Shown in pieces: positions 17,865 to 30,724 of a stretch of 46,022 nt of DNA. The position numbers and the translations under genes are program-made. The DNA comes from Eledone cirrhosa. Lineage: Eukaryota. The stretch covers positions 1 to 46,022 of the forward strand of contig CAXHJY010001462.1 of NCBI GenBank assembly GCA_964016885.1, written 5' to 3'. The first letter of the stretch is position 1. Each line of letters opens with the position of its first letter. The notes below the pieces were generated by a model. It was not told the origin of the DNA, did not search any database, and was given only the letters and a program-made list of their open reading frames with translations.

Positions 17865-19673
17865 GTAAAGAATAAATCAAATTTCACTCCGCCAAAAGGA
17901 AGAAATATTTATCTCGACCAATACATTGACATCCTGTCTAAATTTCCTCTTAGACATAATACTAATGTTAGGCCAAACATTAACAAATCAGAAATGTCTG
18001 CACTTAAACGTATACAAAATGATAAAACAATAATAATTAAACAAGCAGATAAAGGGGGTGCAGTTGTTATAATGGATACTGAATACTACAAGGATTTGGT
18101 TGAGGAACAACTGAAAGACACAACATTCTATCATGAAATACCGTCAAATATAGACCACAACATCATGAAGAAGATCAACAACCTGGCTTCAAAATACCAC
18201 AACTCATTTACTGATAAGGAAAGAGACTACATCACCAATTTTGAGCCGAAACCCAGCAACCTGTATGGCCTACCGAAAGTTCACAAGTCAAAAGAAATAC
18301 AACTGGCAGTAAGAGAACAAAACAGTGAGTACATTAAATTATTACACCCAAAAGACTTAAAACTTAGACCTATTATAGCTGGTCCAACATGCCCCACTCA
18401 CCGTCTAAGCAATTTTGTTGACATTATTTTGAAACCACTATGTATTCTCATACCCAGTTTCATCTGGGATGATATCGACTTCCTGTCCCATCTTCCCAAA
18501 ACCACGGAAACGAATTCACTTCTACTCAGTTTTGATGTGGTAAGCCTTTACACCAATATTACACATGATTTAGGAATAAAGGCGGTTAAATACTGGGTGG
18601 AAAAACATAGAGAAGTGATTCCCATTAGATTCACAGTGCCATTTATATTAGACGCAGTTAAACTTATTCTGGAAAACAACACTTTCTTCTTCAATGGAAA
18701 GAATTACATCCAAATTAGAGGCACAGCGATGGGAACGAAGTTTGCTCCCGTTAACGCGAACTCTGTAATGGGATACTTAGAACAACAACTCTACCAAGAA
18801 ATAGAGGAAAAATATAGTACTGACTTTAGAAAGTACATTGAAAAATCTTGGAAGAGATACCTTGACGACTGTTTCATCATCTGGACAGAATCTCTAGATA
18901 CTCTGGATGAGTTCAATATCCTCCTGAATAACCTACACCCATCTCTCCAATTCACAAAAGAGATGAGTAGGACCAAATTACCATTCCTAGATATGATAAT
19001 CAAAAACGACACCACCATTACCACGGATATATATTATAAACACACAGACACCCATCAATATCTGAATTTTAAGTCGTGCCCTCCACCTCATACAAAACGC
19101 AACATCCCATACTGCCTAGCCAGAAGAATTTGTACCATTGTAGAAGATACGAATACCAGGTACAAACGCCTAACAGAACTAAGAGAATTTTTGCTCAAAC
19201 AAAAATACCCATCTCTACTTATAGAAAATGGCATACAGCGGGCTATAAAAATACCTATACAACAACTTAGAACAACCCAAGGAAGAAGAAACCAAGAACT
19301 GGTCATACCATTTATAATGACACACAACCCATGTCACCAGAATATATTCAACACTGCCAAAGCAAACCTACCGATCATTGCACAAAGTAATGAATTAAAA
19401 GGCTTAATCACAGATCGATCTTTGACTCTTAGTAAAAGACAGCCAAAAAATTTGAAGCAATTGCTAACAAAAGCAAAGTTTGACCTTAACAACAAAGACC
19501 AATCATTCACTGTATCTAAATGCAATGATAATCGATGCGGCACATGTCAATCCATACACGCCGGTCAATATATGAAAACAAAAACTGGAAAAATATTCCC
19601 AAATGCAAATATGAACTGCAAAAGCAGAAATCTAATTTACTGCATTAAATGCCCAAATTGTGAAGAACTATAA
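15831..19673 (+). CDS. Chimeric 1280-aa open frame: RTE APE-RT(partial) fused in frame to a Neptune-type PLE RT
   Basis: No stop across the junction ...LLYADDLALIAESV|VKNKSNFTPPKGRN... at ~17862-17867. Confidence 0.8.
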   Translation: MDVCCVQEVRWRGASARLVVGKRLSYKLFWVGKDDGLGGVGIFLAEKWINKTIEVVRVSNRIIKLRLVVGRRLLTIISVYAPQAGQGKDEKDCFYEQLLQTTTMTEDGDIVMLAGDFNGHVGQLQDGYTGVHGGHGYGSRNEEGVRLLEFCDASTLTICNTNFQKPANHLITYKSGEHISQIDFLLVRQRDRQIVSNTKAYPGEECTPQHRLVVSDISVSKRWNETYRKVWRRKVWKLKDLSLKYKFRKALQDVYDEKEDDLETYDIDNNWKFLRDNLLQATDETCGWSRAPTRQRVTWWWNSTVDKAIRDKRLAWKAWKKGGSREEYTATKREARRQVYLARREAESRRFANVLRREDQRRAVFHIARQCVNANQDVVGDKCVRDDAGVLSVTNDQKKEAWKCHYERLMNVENEWEREKLPLVDPTEGPAIEIDEYRVQEAIREMKNGKAAGPSGIVAEMLKASGDVGTKLVARIINQAIYGGVIPKDWCSSILINCYKGKGDALERSNYRGIKLIDQVMKVAERILAQLIRERVKLDEMQFGFVPGKSTTDALFLVRQMQERFLEKNKPLYLAFVDLEKAFDRVPRSVIWWSLRKLGVEEWLVRTVQTLYRGTLSKVRVGMEFSEEFQIQVGVHQGSVLSPLLFIIVLQAITEELKTGCPWELLYADDLALIAESVVKNKSNFTPPKGRNIYLDQYIDILSKFPLRHNTNVRPNINKSEMSALKRIQNDKTIIIKQADKGGAVVIMDTEYYKDLVEEQLKDTTFYHEIPSNIDHNIMKKINNLASKYHNSFTDKERDYITNFEPKPSNLYGLPKVHKSKEIQLAVREQNSEYIKLLHPKDLKLRPIIAGPTCPTHRLSNFVDIILKPLCILIPSFIWDDIDFLSHLPKTTETNSLLLSFDVVSLYTNITHDLGIKAVKYWVEKHREVIPIRFTVPFILDAVKLILENNTFFFNGKNYIQIRGTAMGTKFAPVNANSVMGYLEQQLYQEIEEKYSTDFRKYIEKSWKRYLDDCFIIWTESLDTLDEFNILLNNLHPSLQFTKEMSRTKLPFLDMIIKNDTTITTDIYYKHTDTHQYLNFKSCPPPHTKRNIPYCLARRICTIVEDTNTRYKRLTELREFLLKQKYPSLLIENGIQRAIKIPIQQLRTTQGRRNQELVIPFIMTHNPCHQNIFNTAKANLPIIAQSNELKGLITDRSLTLSKRQPKNLKQLLTKAKFDLNNKDQSFTVSKCNDNRCGTCQSIHAGQYMKTKTGKIFPNANMNCKSRNLIYCIKCPNCEEL

Positions 19674-20105
19674 GTCGGTCAAACTGGAAATGCACTATCG
19701 GAACGTGCACGGGTACACCGTCAACAAATCAGAGACCAAAATGTCTGTCAGATACCCTTAAGCGGCCACCTGGCAACATGTGGTCAGGGAATATTTATAA
19801 TATTTCCATTCTACAAATTACACAGCCCAAGTGAAATCAAGAGAAAAATCAAAGAAGAGAATTTTATTGATAAATTCAAACCCAAGCTAAATTAACAATA
19901 ATAACGCCTAGGGGTATTACTTCTACTACCACTATGACCACGACCACTAACAACAACAACAACAACAATAATAATAATAATAAAAGTGATGTTGATGGTG
20001 ATGATTAATAGAAAATGCTATTTTCATCATTTCAAAAAGCAAAACAATTGATACATTGGGTATGACTATTGGACGTTAGCATGCTCAACCAGCCGTGACG
20101 CTTAA

Positions 20106-20212
20106 ACCAATCAGCTGTAGTAATTCAGTGAAACTACACACTGATTGGTCGAAATACAGTTTACAGGGCTTTGCATTCTGGAGCCACTTTTCTCTGTATA
20201 AAATGTATAAAA
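20106..20212 (+). promoter_or_regulatory. Putative pLTR promoter: inverted CCAAT pair plus two TATAAAA boxes upstream of the HHR
   Basis: ACCAATCAG(20106-20114)/CTGATTGGT(20141-20149); TATAAAA at 20197 and 20206. Confidence 0.45.
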
Positions 20213-20275
20213 GGTAGTAAATTTACCCATCTCATTACAGTTGAAAATTGCAAACTCGACTGTCACCACATATCA

Positions 20276-20314
20276 TGAACCTGAAGATTGCGAAAGCATG
20301 AAAGTACTTGTTCA
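20276..20314 (+). ncRNA. Minimal type I hammerhead ribozyme (dimer type)
   Basis: TGAAC-CTGAAGA-TTGC GAAA GCAT-GAAA-GTAC-TT-GTTCA. Stem I is TGAAC/GTTCA, loop III is palindromic GTAC, and cleavage is predicted after 20309. Confidence 0.75.
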
Positions 20315-20480
20315 ATTAACACTTAGAATTTAATATTCTATCATGCTATTTCATTATAATACCATATTATATATATTTTAAAGGATTGTAAATAAAACGA
20401 GTAAATCAGACAAAGTTGGAATTCCTCTTATTAATATAATCTTCTATACACAATCATACACACCCGTGTATATTTACCTA

Positions 20481-21145
20481 TCTATATCTATATATATATA
20501 TATATATACACATACACACATATATATATATATACACATATATATATATATATACACATATATATATATATATACACATATATATATATATATACACATA
20601 TATATATACACACACATATATATATATATATACACACATATATATATATATACACACACATATATATATATATATACACACATATATATATATATATACA
20701 CACATATATATATATATATACACACATATATATATATATATACACACATATATATATATATATACACATATATATATATATATACACACATATATATATA
20801 TATATACACACATATATATATATATACACACACATATATATATATATACACACACATATATATATACATACACACACATATATATATACATACACACACA
20901 TATATATATACATACACACACATATATATATACACACACATATATATATACACACACATATATATATACACATATATACACACACATATATATATACACA
21001 CACATATATATATATACACACACATATATATATATACACACACATATATATATACACACATATATATATATATATATACACACACATATATATATATATA
21101 TACACACACATATATATATATATACACACATATATATACACACAC

Positions 21146-21176
<31 letters not shown>

Positions 21177-21735
21177 TATATACATACACATATATACACA
21201 TACACACATATATACACATACACACATATATACACATACACACATATATACATACACACACATATATACATACACACATATATACATACACACATATATA
21301 CATACACACATATATACATACACACACATATATACATACACACACATATATACATACACACACATATATACATACACATATATACATACACACATATATA
21401 CATACACATATATACATACACATATATACATACACACATATATACATACACACATATATACATACACACATATATACATACACACATATATACATACACA
21501 CATATATACATACACACATATATACATACACACATATATACATACACACATATATACATACACACATATATACATACACACATATATACATACACACATA
21601 TATACATACACACATATATATATACACATATATACATACACATATATATACATACACATATATATACACACACATATATATACACACATATATATATACA
21701 CACATATATATATACACACATATATATATACACAC

Positions 21736-21767
<32 letters not shown>
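20481..21767. repeat. (TA)n/(CA)n compound microsatellite
   Basis: Direct reading of the sequence. Confidence 0.97.
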
Positions 21768-22410
21768 GGTGGCTGCCAACTCGTTTTCGAGTACGGCCAC
21801 CACTTTATATCCATGTAGGAGAACCCCTACCGAAGCGCTGAACGAGTGTGACTTTTTAGTCCAGCCAGCGACTTGAAAACTCTGGTACAAACACTACACT
21901 TGTGACAATTATTGACACATAGTGCTGGGCCCATGGTACCATGTGAGGACAAGTGCAGAGAGATCTCCAGATATAAAGCAATGCCTGTGCCGTGAAGCTT
22001 TTATAGTGAGCAAAGGCACTGCACAAAGCCAGTCCCACTCTCTTAACCAAGATGATATTTACCACTCTTAACCAAGATGATATTTACCAAAAAGAAGAAC
22101 AAGTCAACAAGTCAACATCATTGGATACCATCAGGGTTGCAGGTGTTATATCAGAGTTTTCCTTCTCCTAGAATTCTGCCTTGACAAAGGCTAAGGGGTC
22201 ATCTCTCCCAGTGATTTTGGATGGCCATTGACTCTTAAGAGCTCCTTTGCCCTTTGACAGGCTTTGTTTTTAGTCCTGCAGGATGTCCAAAGCCACCCTC
22301 CTCACCAAGAAACCTTGGTGGGGTTGCCAGTTTAGTCGCCAACGACCCGACCATGAGACAGGTTGTACTGGGATACATGTTACCAGTAGCACCAACTGGT
22401 GACCTGACAT
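21768..22410 (-). mobile_element. Non-coding 610-bp-family element, copy 1 (643 bp, more diverged); probably a non-autonomous RTE derivative
   Basis: Same termini as three later copies, plus extra 25-bp and 8-bp tandem duplications. The minus strand carries CTAGGAGAAGGAAAACTCTGA, which I recall from RTE-type 5' UTRs (not verified). Confidence 0.65.
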
Positions 22411-22656
22411 AATATGTGTATATATATATATACACATATATATATACACATAGTATTAGTTATACTATTTATGGTTATGTAAATACAAAACCTTATGCAG
22501 TTATAAGTATTTTACACACACCCTAAATAGTGGTAGGCAGTAATGTATTACTACCTTATTACCAGTAAGTTAAGTAGCTCAATGTAAAAACATCAGATGA
22601 TTTACAGAGCAGTTATATGAAATATAAGAATCAAAGAACTGTTCAAAACATTATTG

Positions 22657-22703
22657 TGCTTACAGCTGTTTCCTCCAAACCGAGGTTTGGATTCTTCGGA
22701 GCA
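22657..22703 (-). ncRNA. Hammerhead ribozyme (left arm of the fold-back element)
   Basis: Reverse complement of 22949-22995. Confidence 0.65.
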
Positions 22704-22948
22704 ATTTATTAATGCATGGACAGTTATATGACCTCCTTTTCAGCAGAGAGACATACCGATACATATTCAAACATTGATACATATTCAAACATTGTGGGTC
22801 AACATTCATTACACAATTTAGACTGCCACTCTAAATTCTGTAATTAATGTTGACCCACAATGTTTGAATATGTATCAATGTTTGAATATCTATCGGTATG
22901 TCTCTCGGCTGAAAAGGAGGTCATATAACTGTCCATGCATTAATAAAT

Positions 22949-22995
22949 TGCTCCGAAGAATCCAAACCTCGGTTTGGAGGAAACAGCTGTAAGCA
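22949..22995 (+). ncRNA. Minimal type I hammerhead ribozyme, U4C core variant
   Basis: TGCT-CCGAAGA-A TCCAAACC TC GGTTTGGA G-GAAAC-AGCT-GTA-AGCA. Loop III is palindromic AGCT, and cleavage is predicted after 22991. Confidence 0.65.
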
Positions 22996-23035
22996 CAATG
23001 TTTTGAACAGTTCTTTGATTCTTATATTTCATATA

Positions 23036-24188
<1,153 letters not shown>

Positions 24189-25444
24189 ATCATCATCATC
24201 ATCATCATCATCAGGTTTAGCGTCCGTGTTCCACGCTTGCATGGGTTTGGACGGGGGTTTTCCCACTTGAGGCAAGAGTGGTTGTCTTGCTCGCATAGGA
24301 CTGTCTGGCGGGTTTTCTACAGTTGGATGCCCTTCCTAACACCAACCACATTTACAGTGTGGGGCTGGGAGGTTTTTACCGTGTTGCCTACACGGCCACA
24401 TTACAGCGTGGACTGTCTGGCGGGTTTTCTACAGCTGGATGCCCTTCCTAACACCAACCACATTTACAGTGTGGGGCTGGGAGGTTTTTACCGTGTTGCC
24501 TACACGGCCACATTTACAGCGTGGACTGTGTGTTTTTTGTCGTGACACCTACACGATCTCATTTGTTTCGGCCTGGATGTTGTGGGACCAACATAACTTT
24601 ACATTGAAAGGGGCGGTGTGGGTGGGGTGGAGGGTGGTGGGACGGGGGTGTGTTTTGATAGAGATGCCTACTGACTGTAGTAGGTTTTTACTTTGTATTT
24701 AGGTAAGGCGGGTCTTCTCTATTACTGAGTACCGCCAAAGGTCTCGGTCCAGTGACATTGTCTTGGAGAGGTGTAAGCGTGTGAGGTCGGAATTTATCAG
24801 CTCGTCCCATGTTTTTCTGGGTCTGCCTACTCCGTGGCTACCGTCTATCTTTATTGCCCTGCACTTTGTTATACAGCTGTCGTCTTTCATGCGCATCACG
24901 TGACCGTACCAACGTAGCCTTCTCTCGAGTAAACAACATCTGATCCCTCTTATTTCTAATTTTTTCCTTAGTTCGTTTATGCTTTGCCGTTCACGTATAT
25001 TACTATTGCACATCCAGCGGAGCATGCAAGCTTCGTTCCTCTCTAGTCTGCGTATATCCTCTGCACACAATGCCCAGGTCTCACTGCCATGCAGCATTGC
25101 TGTTCGTATGCAGGCATCGTATAACCTGCCTTTCATTTTTAGGGAGAACCCTCTAGCGGCTAATAGTGGTATAAGCTCTCTGAACTTTTTCCATCCAGTT
25201 CTGACTCTAGCTACTGTACTTTCAGAGCACCCTCCCCCACTGCTGATTTTGTCACCCAGATAACGGAAGCTGTCCACTATTTCTATAGAACCCTCTGCGC
25301 AGTTGAAGGAGCTAGTATATTGTGGGCACTTGCTGCTACTTATTGCACCAGAGCACCGGCCACATGTAAAATCTATGTTCTTAGTTAGCTTACCTGTGAT
25401 TCCACTACATCTTTTATGCACCCATACTTTGCATTTGGGACATA
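24189..25444 (-). mobile_element. 5'-truncated RTE LINE 3' fragment (PHD-like finger, RT thumb, 3' UTR, (GAT)n tail)
   Basis: 24699-25444 translates to [12 protein letters not shown]...FRYLG...MLHGSETW...[11 protein letters not shown]...GRPRKTW. (CAT)n lies at 24189-24212. Confidence 0.92.
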
Positions 25445-25811
25445 CACATATATATATATACACATATATACACATATATATATATATATATACACATATA
25501 TATATATATATATACACATATATATATATATATACACACATATATATATATATATATACACACATATATATATATATATATACACATATATATATATATA
25601 TATATACACATATATATATATATATATACACACATATATATATATATATATACACATATATATATATATACACATATATATATATATATATACACATATA
25701 TATATATATATACACATATATATATATATATACACACACATATATATATATATACACACATATATATATATATATATACACACACATATATATATATATA
25801 TATACACACAC

Positions 25812-25868
<57 letters not shown>

Positions 25869-25905
25869 TATATATATATACACACACACATATATATATA
25901 TACAC

Positions 25906-25936
<31 letters not shown>

Positions 25937-26273
25937 TATACATATATATACACACATATATATACATATATATATATATACACATATATATATATACACA
26001 CATATATATACATATATATACACATATATATACATACATATACACACATATATATACATACATATATATACATATATATACACATATATATATACACATA
26101 TATATATATACACATATATATATATATACACACATATATATATATACACATATATATATATATACACATATATATATATATACACATATATATATATATA
26201 CACATATATATATATACACATATATATATACACATATATATACATATATATATATATATACACATATATATAC

Positions 26274-26322
<49 letters not shown>

Positions 26323-26335
26323 CACATATATATAC

Positions 26336-26366
<31 letters not shown>

Positions 26367-26379
26367 CACATATATATAC

Positions 26380-26410
<31 letters not shown>

Positions 26411-26495
26411 CACACATATATATATATATACACACATATATATATATATACACACATATATATATATATACACACATATATATATATATACACAC

Positions 26496-26546
<51 letters not shown>

Positions 26547-26585
26547 CACATATATATATATATACACATATATATATATACACAC

Positions 26586-26618
<33 letters not shown>

Positions 26619-26691
26619 CACACATATATATATATATACACATATATATATATACACATATATATATATACACATATATATATATACACAC

Positions 26692-26740
<49 letters not shown>

Positions 26741-26750
26741 CATATATATA
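25445..26750. repeat. (TA)n(CA) microsatellite array
   Basis: Direct reading of the sequence. Confidence 0.97.
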
Positions 26751-28900
26751 TCTATCTAAGGCGGGTAAAATTCCCGAGATCCATGGACGAGTTCTCTCCA
26801 GCGGTCTCTGTCCCTCATTATCGTTGCCATATCCTGCATCTCCAACAGACCAGTGTCTGTCCTTAGGGCATCAACATATGTTAACCTTGGTCTTCCTCTT
26901 CTAGTGTGTCCATGTAGGGGCTCCCAAATGAGTACTGAGTGCAATGTCAACTCTGGATGTCGGTGAGCATGTCCAGCCAACCTCAGTCTCCTCTGTGTCA
27001 CTTTTGAGCTGACTTTTGGGATGCTCCCATACAGCTCTGAGTTTTTCATCCTCAGTGTATACTGATTAATGTTCAGAGCCATCCTCAGCATTCTCGTGTA
27101 GCACCCATCCACCATCTGAGTGAGTCTCTTTGTCAGTGTCCAAGTCTCAGACCCATACAGCAGCACAGACTCCACTACAGCAATGAAGAGGCGGATTTTC
27201 AGGTCTCTACGAAGGTCCGACTTCCACACCGATCTCAAGCTGTGACACGCCGCCCAGGCCTTGCTCTTCCTCTCAACCACATCATCTTCCGTATTCCCAA
27301 TCTTTGCTCCCAAATACAGGAAGTCCTCAACCAATTCCAGCGGCTTCCCACCTACATTAGTGATCCCCTCTGGCTTCTCAACATTCTCTACCAGATATTT
27401 TGTTTTAGTCTCATTCATTCTCAGCCCCACACTCATCGACACAGTCTCAACCTCCCACATCAAATCCTCTGCCTCCTTCACTGTATTTGTCACCAAAACT
27501 ATGGAGTCGGCAAATTCAGTATCCGATACCTTTTTCGCCCCAACTCTCCTGCTCTGAGCCGGTGCTACAGTAAAGCCAGTGTCCTGGTGTTTCTCCAGTG
27601 CAAGGCGCATACAATAGTCCACTACGATGATAAAAAGGTAGGGAGCCAATGTATCTCCCTGGAGCACTCCAGCCAGTATCTCAAAGAACTCTGTCATCCC
27701 ATCAGGTGTAATGCCTTGGGCTTTGGTGTTGGTGTAGAGCAGTGATATCAGGTCCACTATCCTCTTGGGGATTCCATAAGCCTGTAAGATCTTCATCAGG
27801 CAGTAACGGTCCACAGAATCAAAGGCCTTCCTAAAGTCAATGAAAACCATGACCGCAGGAAGGCACTTTGCTCTAGCTCCCTCTAATATCCTCCTCAGCA
27901 TCAGGATGTGACTGGTGGTTGATCTACCCTCTCTGAAGCCGTTCTGGTTGTCCCTGAGCTTCTTCTCCATCTCAGGCTGGATCCTGTTAAGAATCATCCT
28001 GTTGAAGGTCTTTGCCACAAGTGACGTCAGTGAGATACCCCGGTAGTTGTTGGTGTTAGAGAGTTCTACCTTCTTTGGCACTGGGACGATGTTACTGATC
28101 CTCCACTGATTCGGGGCAACTCCTTTCTCCAGTGCCCCGTTACAGAACCCCAGGATGATATCATCAAAATCACACCTCTTCATCACCTCTCATGCCACTC
28201 CATCTTCTCCATGAGCCTTGCCCTCCTTCATCTTCTTGGCTCTCTGAAGCTCCTCTCTGGTGAAGGGCTCTGTCTCAACATCCAGTTCCTCAAACAGCCG
28301 CCTGATCTCCCCAGTGCTCTGGGCTGTGGAGGGTGGCTCTCCTAGTAGGGTCCTAAAATGGTCTAGCCATTTCCTCTTCCTATCCTCGGGCCCCGTTCCC
28401 TGGATCTGACTCGAACACCTTTTCCTCCCTGTGATCTCGTTGATGATCATCCAGCTCTCCTTACATCCAGATCTGTCAACTGCTCTCTCCACACTTCTGA
28501 TCTTCTCTATCAGTGCCTCCTCTCTGACCTCAGTGTAAGCGGTACAGAGCTCTTCCCTCATCACCTCCACAGTCTCCACCCTCTCCTCCGTAGGATCAAC
28601 ATAGAATTGGTCCCTGGCAGCTTTCAGGTGTTCTCTGGCTGCACACACTTTTGGGTCTGCAGAGCTGATGTGCTTCCCTTTGTTCTTTTCCTCGGCACCA
28701 GGGTTTCACTTGCTTTCGCCACTGCATTGGTGAAGTGCCCGTACCTCCTCGTCACACTCTCCTCAGTCCATCCAATCTCTCTCTCCTCTGACTCTCCACA
28801 CAGAGCACTAAACCTGTTTCTCACTTCCACTGTGAACCTCTCCTGTAGCTTATCATCTTCCTTGGAAGCTCCCCAGTCATAGATAGTTCTCCGGGGCTGA
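26751..28900 (-). mobile_element. 5'-truncated, frameshifted RTE-clade LINE of a second family (RT domain, no APE left)
   Basis: ORFs 28624-28900, 28190-28648 and 26756-28186 give VEVRNRF, YRGISL, QNGFR, FIDFRKAFD, GVLQGDTLAP, FADSI (catalytic D lost), FLYLG, YGSETW and GRPR. Confidence 0.92.
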
Positions 28901-28943
28901 TACACATATATATATATACACATATATATATATATATACACAC

Positions 28944-29004
<61 letters not shown>

Positions 29005-30724
29005 TATATATATATATACACACATATATATATATATATATACACACATATATATATATATATATACACACATATATGTATATATATACACACATATATA
29101 TATATACACACACATATATATATATACACACACATATATATATATACACACACATATATATATACACACACATATATATACACACACACATATATATACA
29201 CACACATATATATACACACACATATATATACACACACATATATATACACACACATATATATATACACACATATATATATACACACATATATATACACACA
29301 TATATATATACACACACATATATATATACACACACATATATATATACACACATATATATATATACACATATATATATATATACACACATATATATATATA
29401 CACATATATATATATACACACATATATATATATACACATATATATATATACACATATATATATATACACATATATATATATACACACATATATATATATA
29501 CACATATATATATATACACATATATATATATATACACATATACACATATATATATATATACACATATATATATATATACACATATATACACATATATATA
29601 TATATACACATATATATATATATACACATATATATATATATACACATATATATATATATACACATATATATATATATACACATATATATATATATACACA
29701 TATATATATATATATACACATATATATATATATATACACATATATATATATATATATACACATATATATATATATATACACATATATATATATATATACA
29801 CATATATATATATATATACACACATATATATATATATACACACATATATATATATACACACATATATATATATATACACATATATATATATATACACATA
29901 TATATATATACACACATATATATATATATACACATATATATATATATATACACATATATATATATACACATATATATATATATATACACATATATATATA
30001 TATACACATATATATATATATACACATATATATATATACACATATATATATATACACATATATATACACATATATATACACATATATATACATATATATA
30101 TATACACATATATATATATACACATATATATATACACACATATATATATATATACACACACATATATATATATACAAACACACACACATATTTATATATA
30201 CACACACAAACACACATATTTATATATACACACACAAACACACATATTTATATATACACACACAAACACATATTTATATATACACACACAAACACACATA
30301 TATATATATACACACACACACAAACACACATATTTATATATACACACACACATATATATATATATATACACACATATATATATATATACATATATATATA
30401 TACACATATATATATATACACATATATATATACACATATATATATACACATATATATATATACACATATATATATACACATATATATATATACACATATA
30501 TATATATACACATATATATATATACACATATATATATATACACATATATATATATACACATATATATATACACATATATATATATACACATATATATATA
30601 TACACATATATATATATACACATATATATATATACACATATATATATATACACATATATATATATACACATATATATATATATACACATATATATATATA
30701 TACATATATATACATATACATATA
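28901..30724. repeat. (TA)n/(CA)n compound array with a CAAACACACATATTTATATATA landmark block
   Basis: Landmark block at ~30173-30345. Confidence 0.95.

Larger units (their letters stand above)
17865..20480 (+). mobile_element. 5'-truncated Neptune-type Penelope-like element (RT, Cys-rich linker, GIY-YIG, pLTR with HHR)
   Basis: Motifs KQADKGG, YGLPKVHK, LRPII, SFDVVSLYTNI, GTAMGT and RYLDD; linker CNDNRCGTC; NLIYCIKCPNC-EEL*VGQT. A premature TAA at 19671 replaces the Y of YVG, and the frame continues to ...FKPKLN* at 19895. Confidence 0.9.
22453..23035 (-). mobile_element. Fold-back non-autonomous PLE-derived element: ~420-bp palindrome plus ~160-bp one-sided tail
   Basis: 22614-22822 pairs with 22830-23035 around a 7-nt loop CTGCCAC. 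There is an HHR in each arm, and the element is flanked by (TA)n. Confidence 0.8.

Noticed and set aside
19671-19673. Programmed readthrough or selenocysteine at the in-frame stop of the PLE ORF
   Set aside because: The codon is TAA, not TGA, and replaces the conserved Tyr of the YVG motif; a point mutation is the simplest explanation.
22290-22410. HDV-like or twister ribozyme at the minus-strand 5' end of the 610-bp element
   Set aside because: Partial hints exist (GG-TCG/CGA-CTAA-ACTGG; GAGGAGGG), but I could not build a consistent P1/P3/P1.1 or twister P1/P2/T1 by eye.
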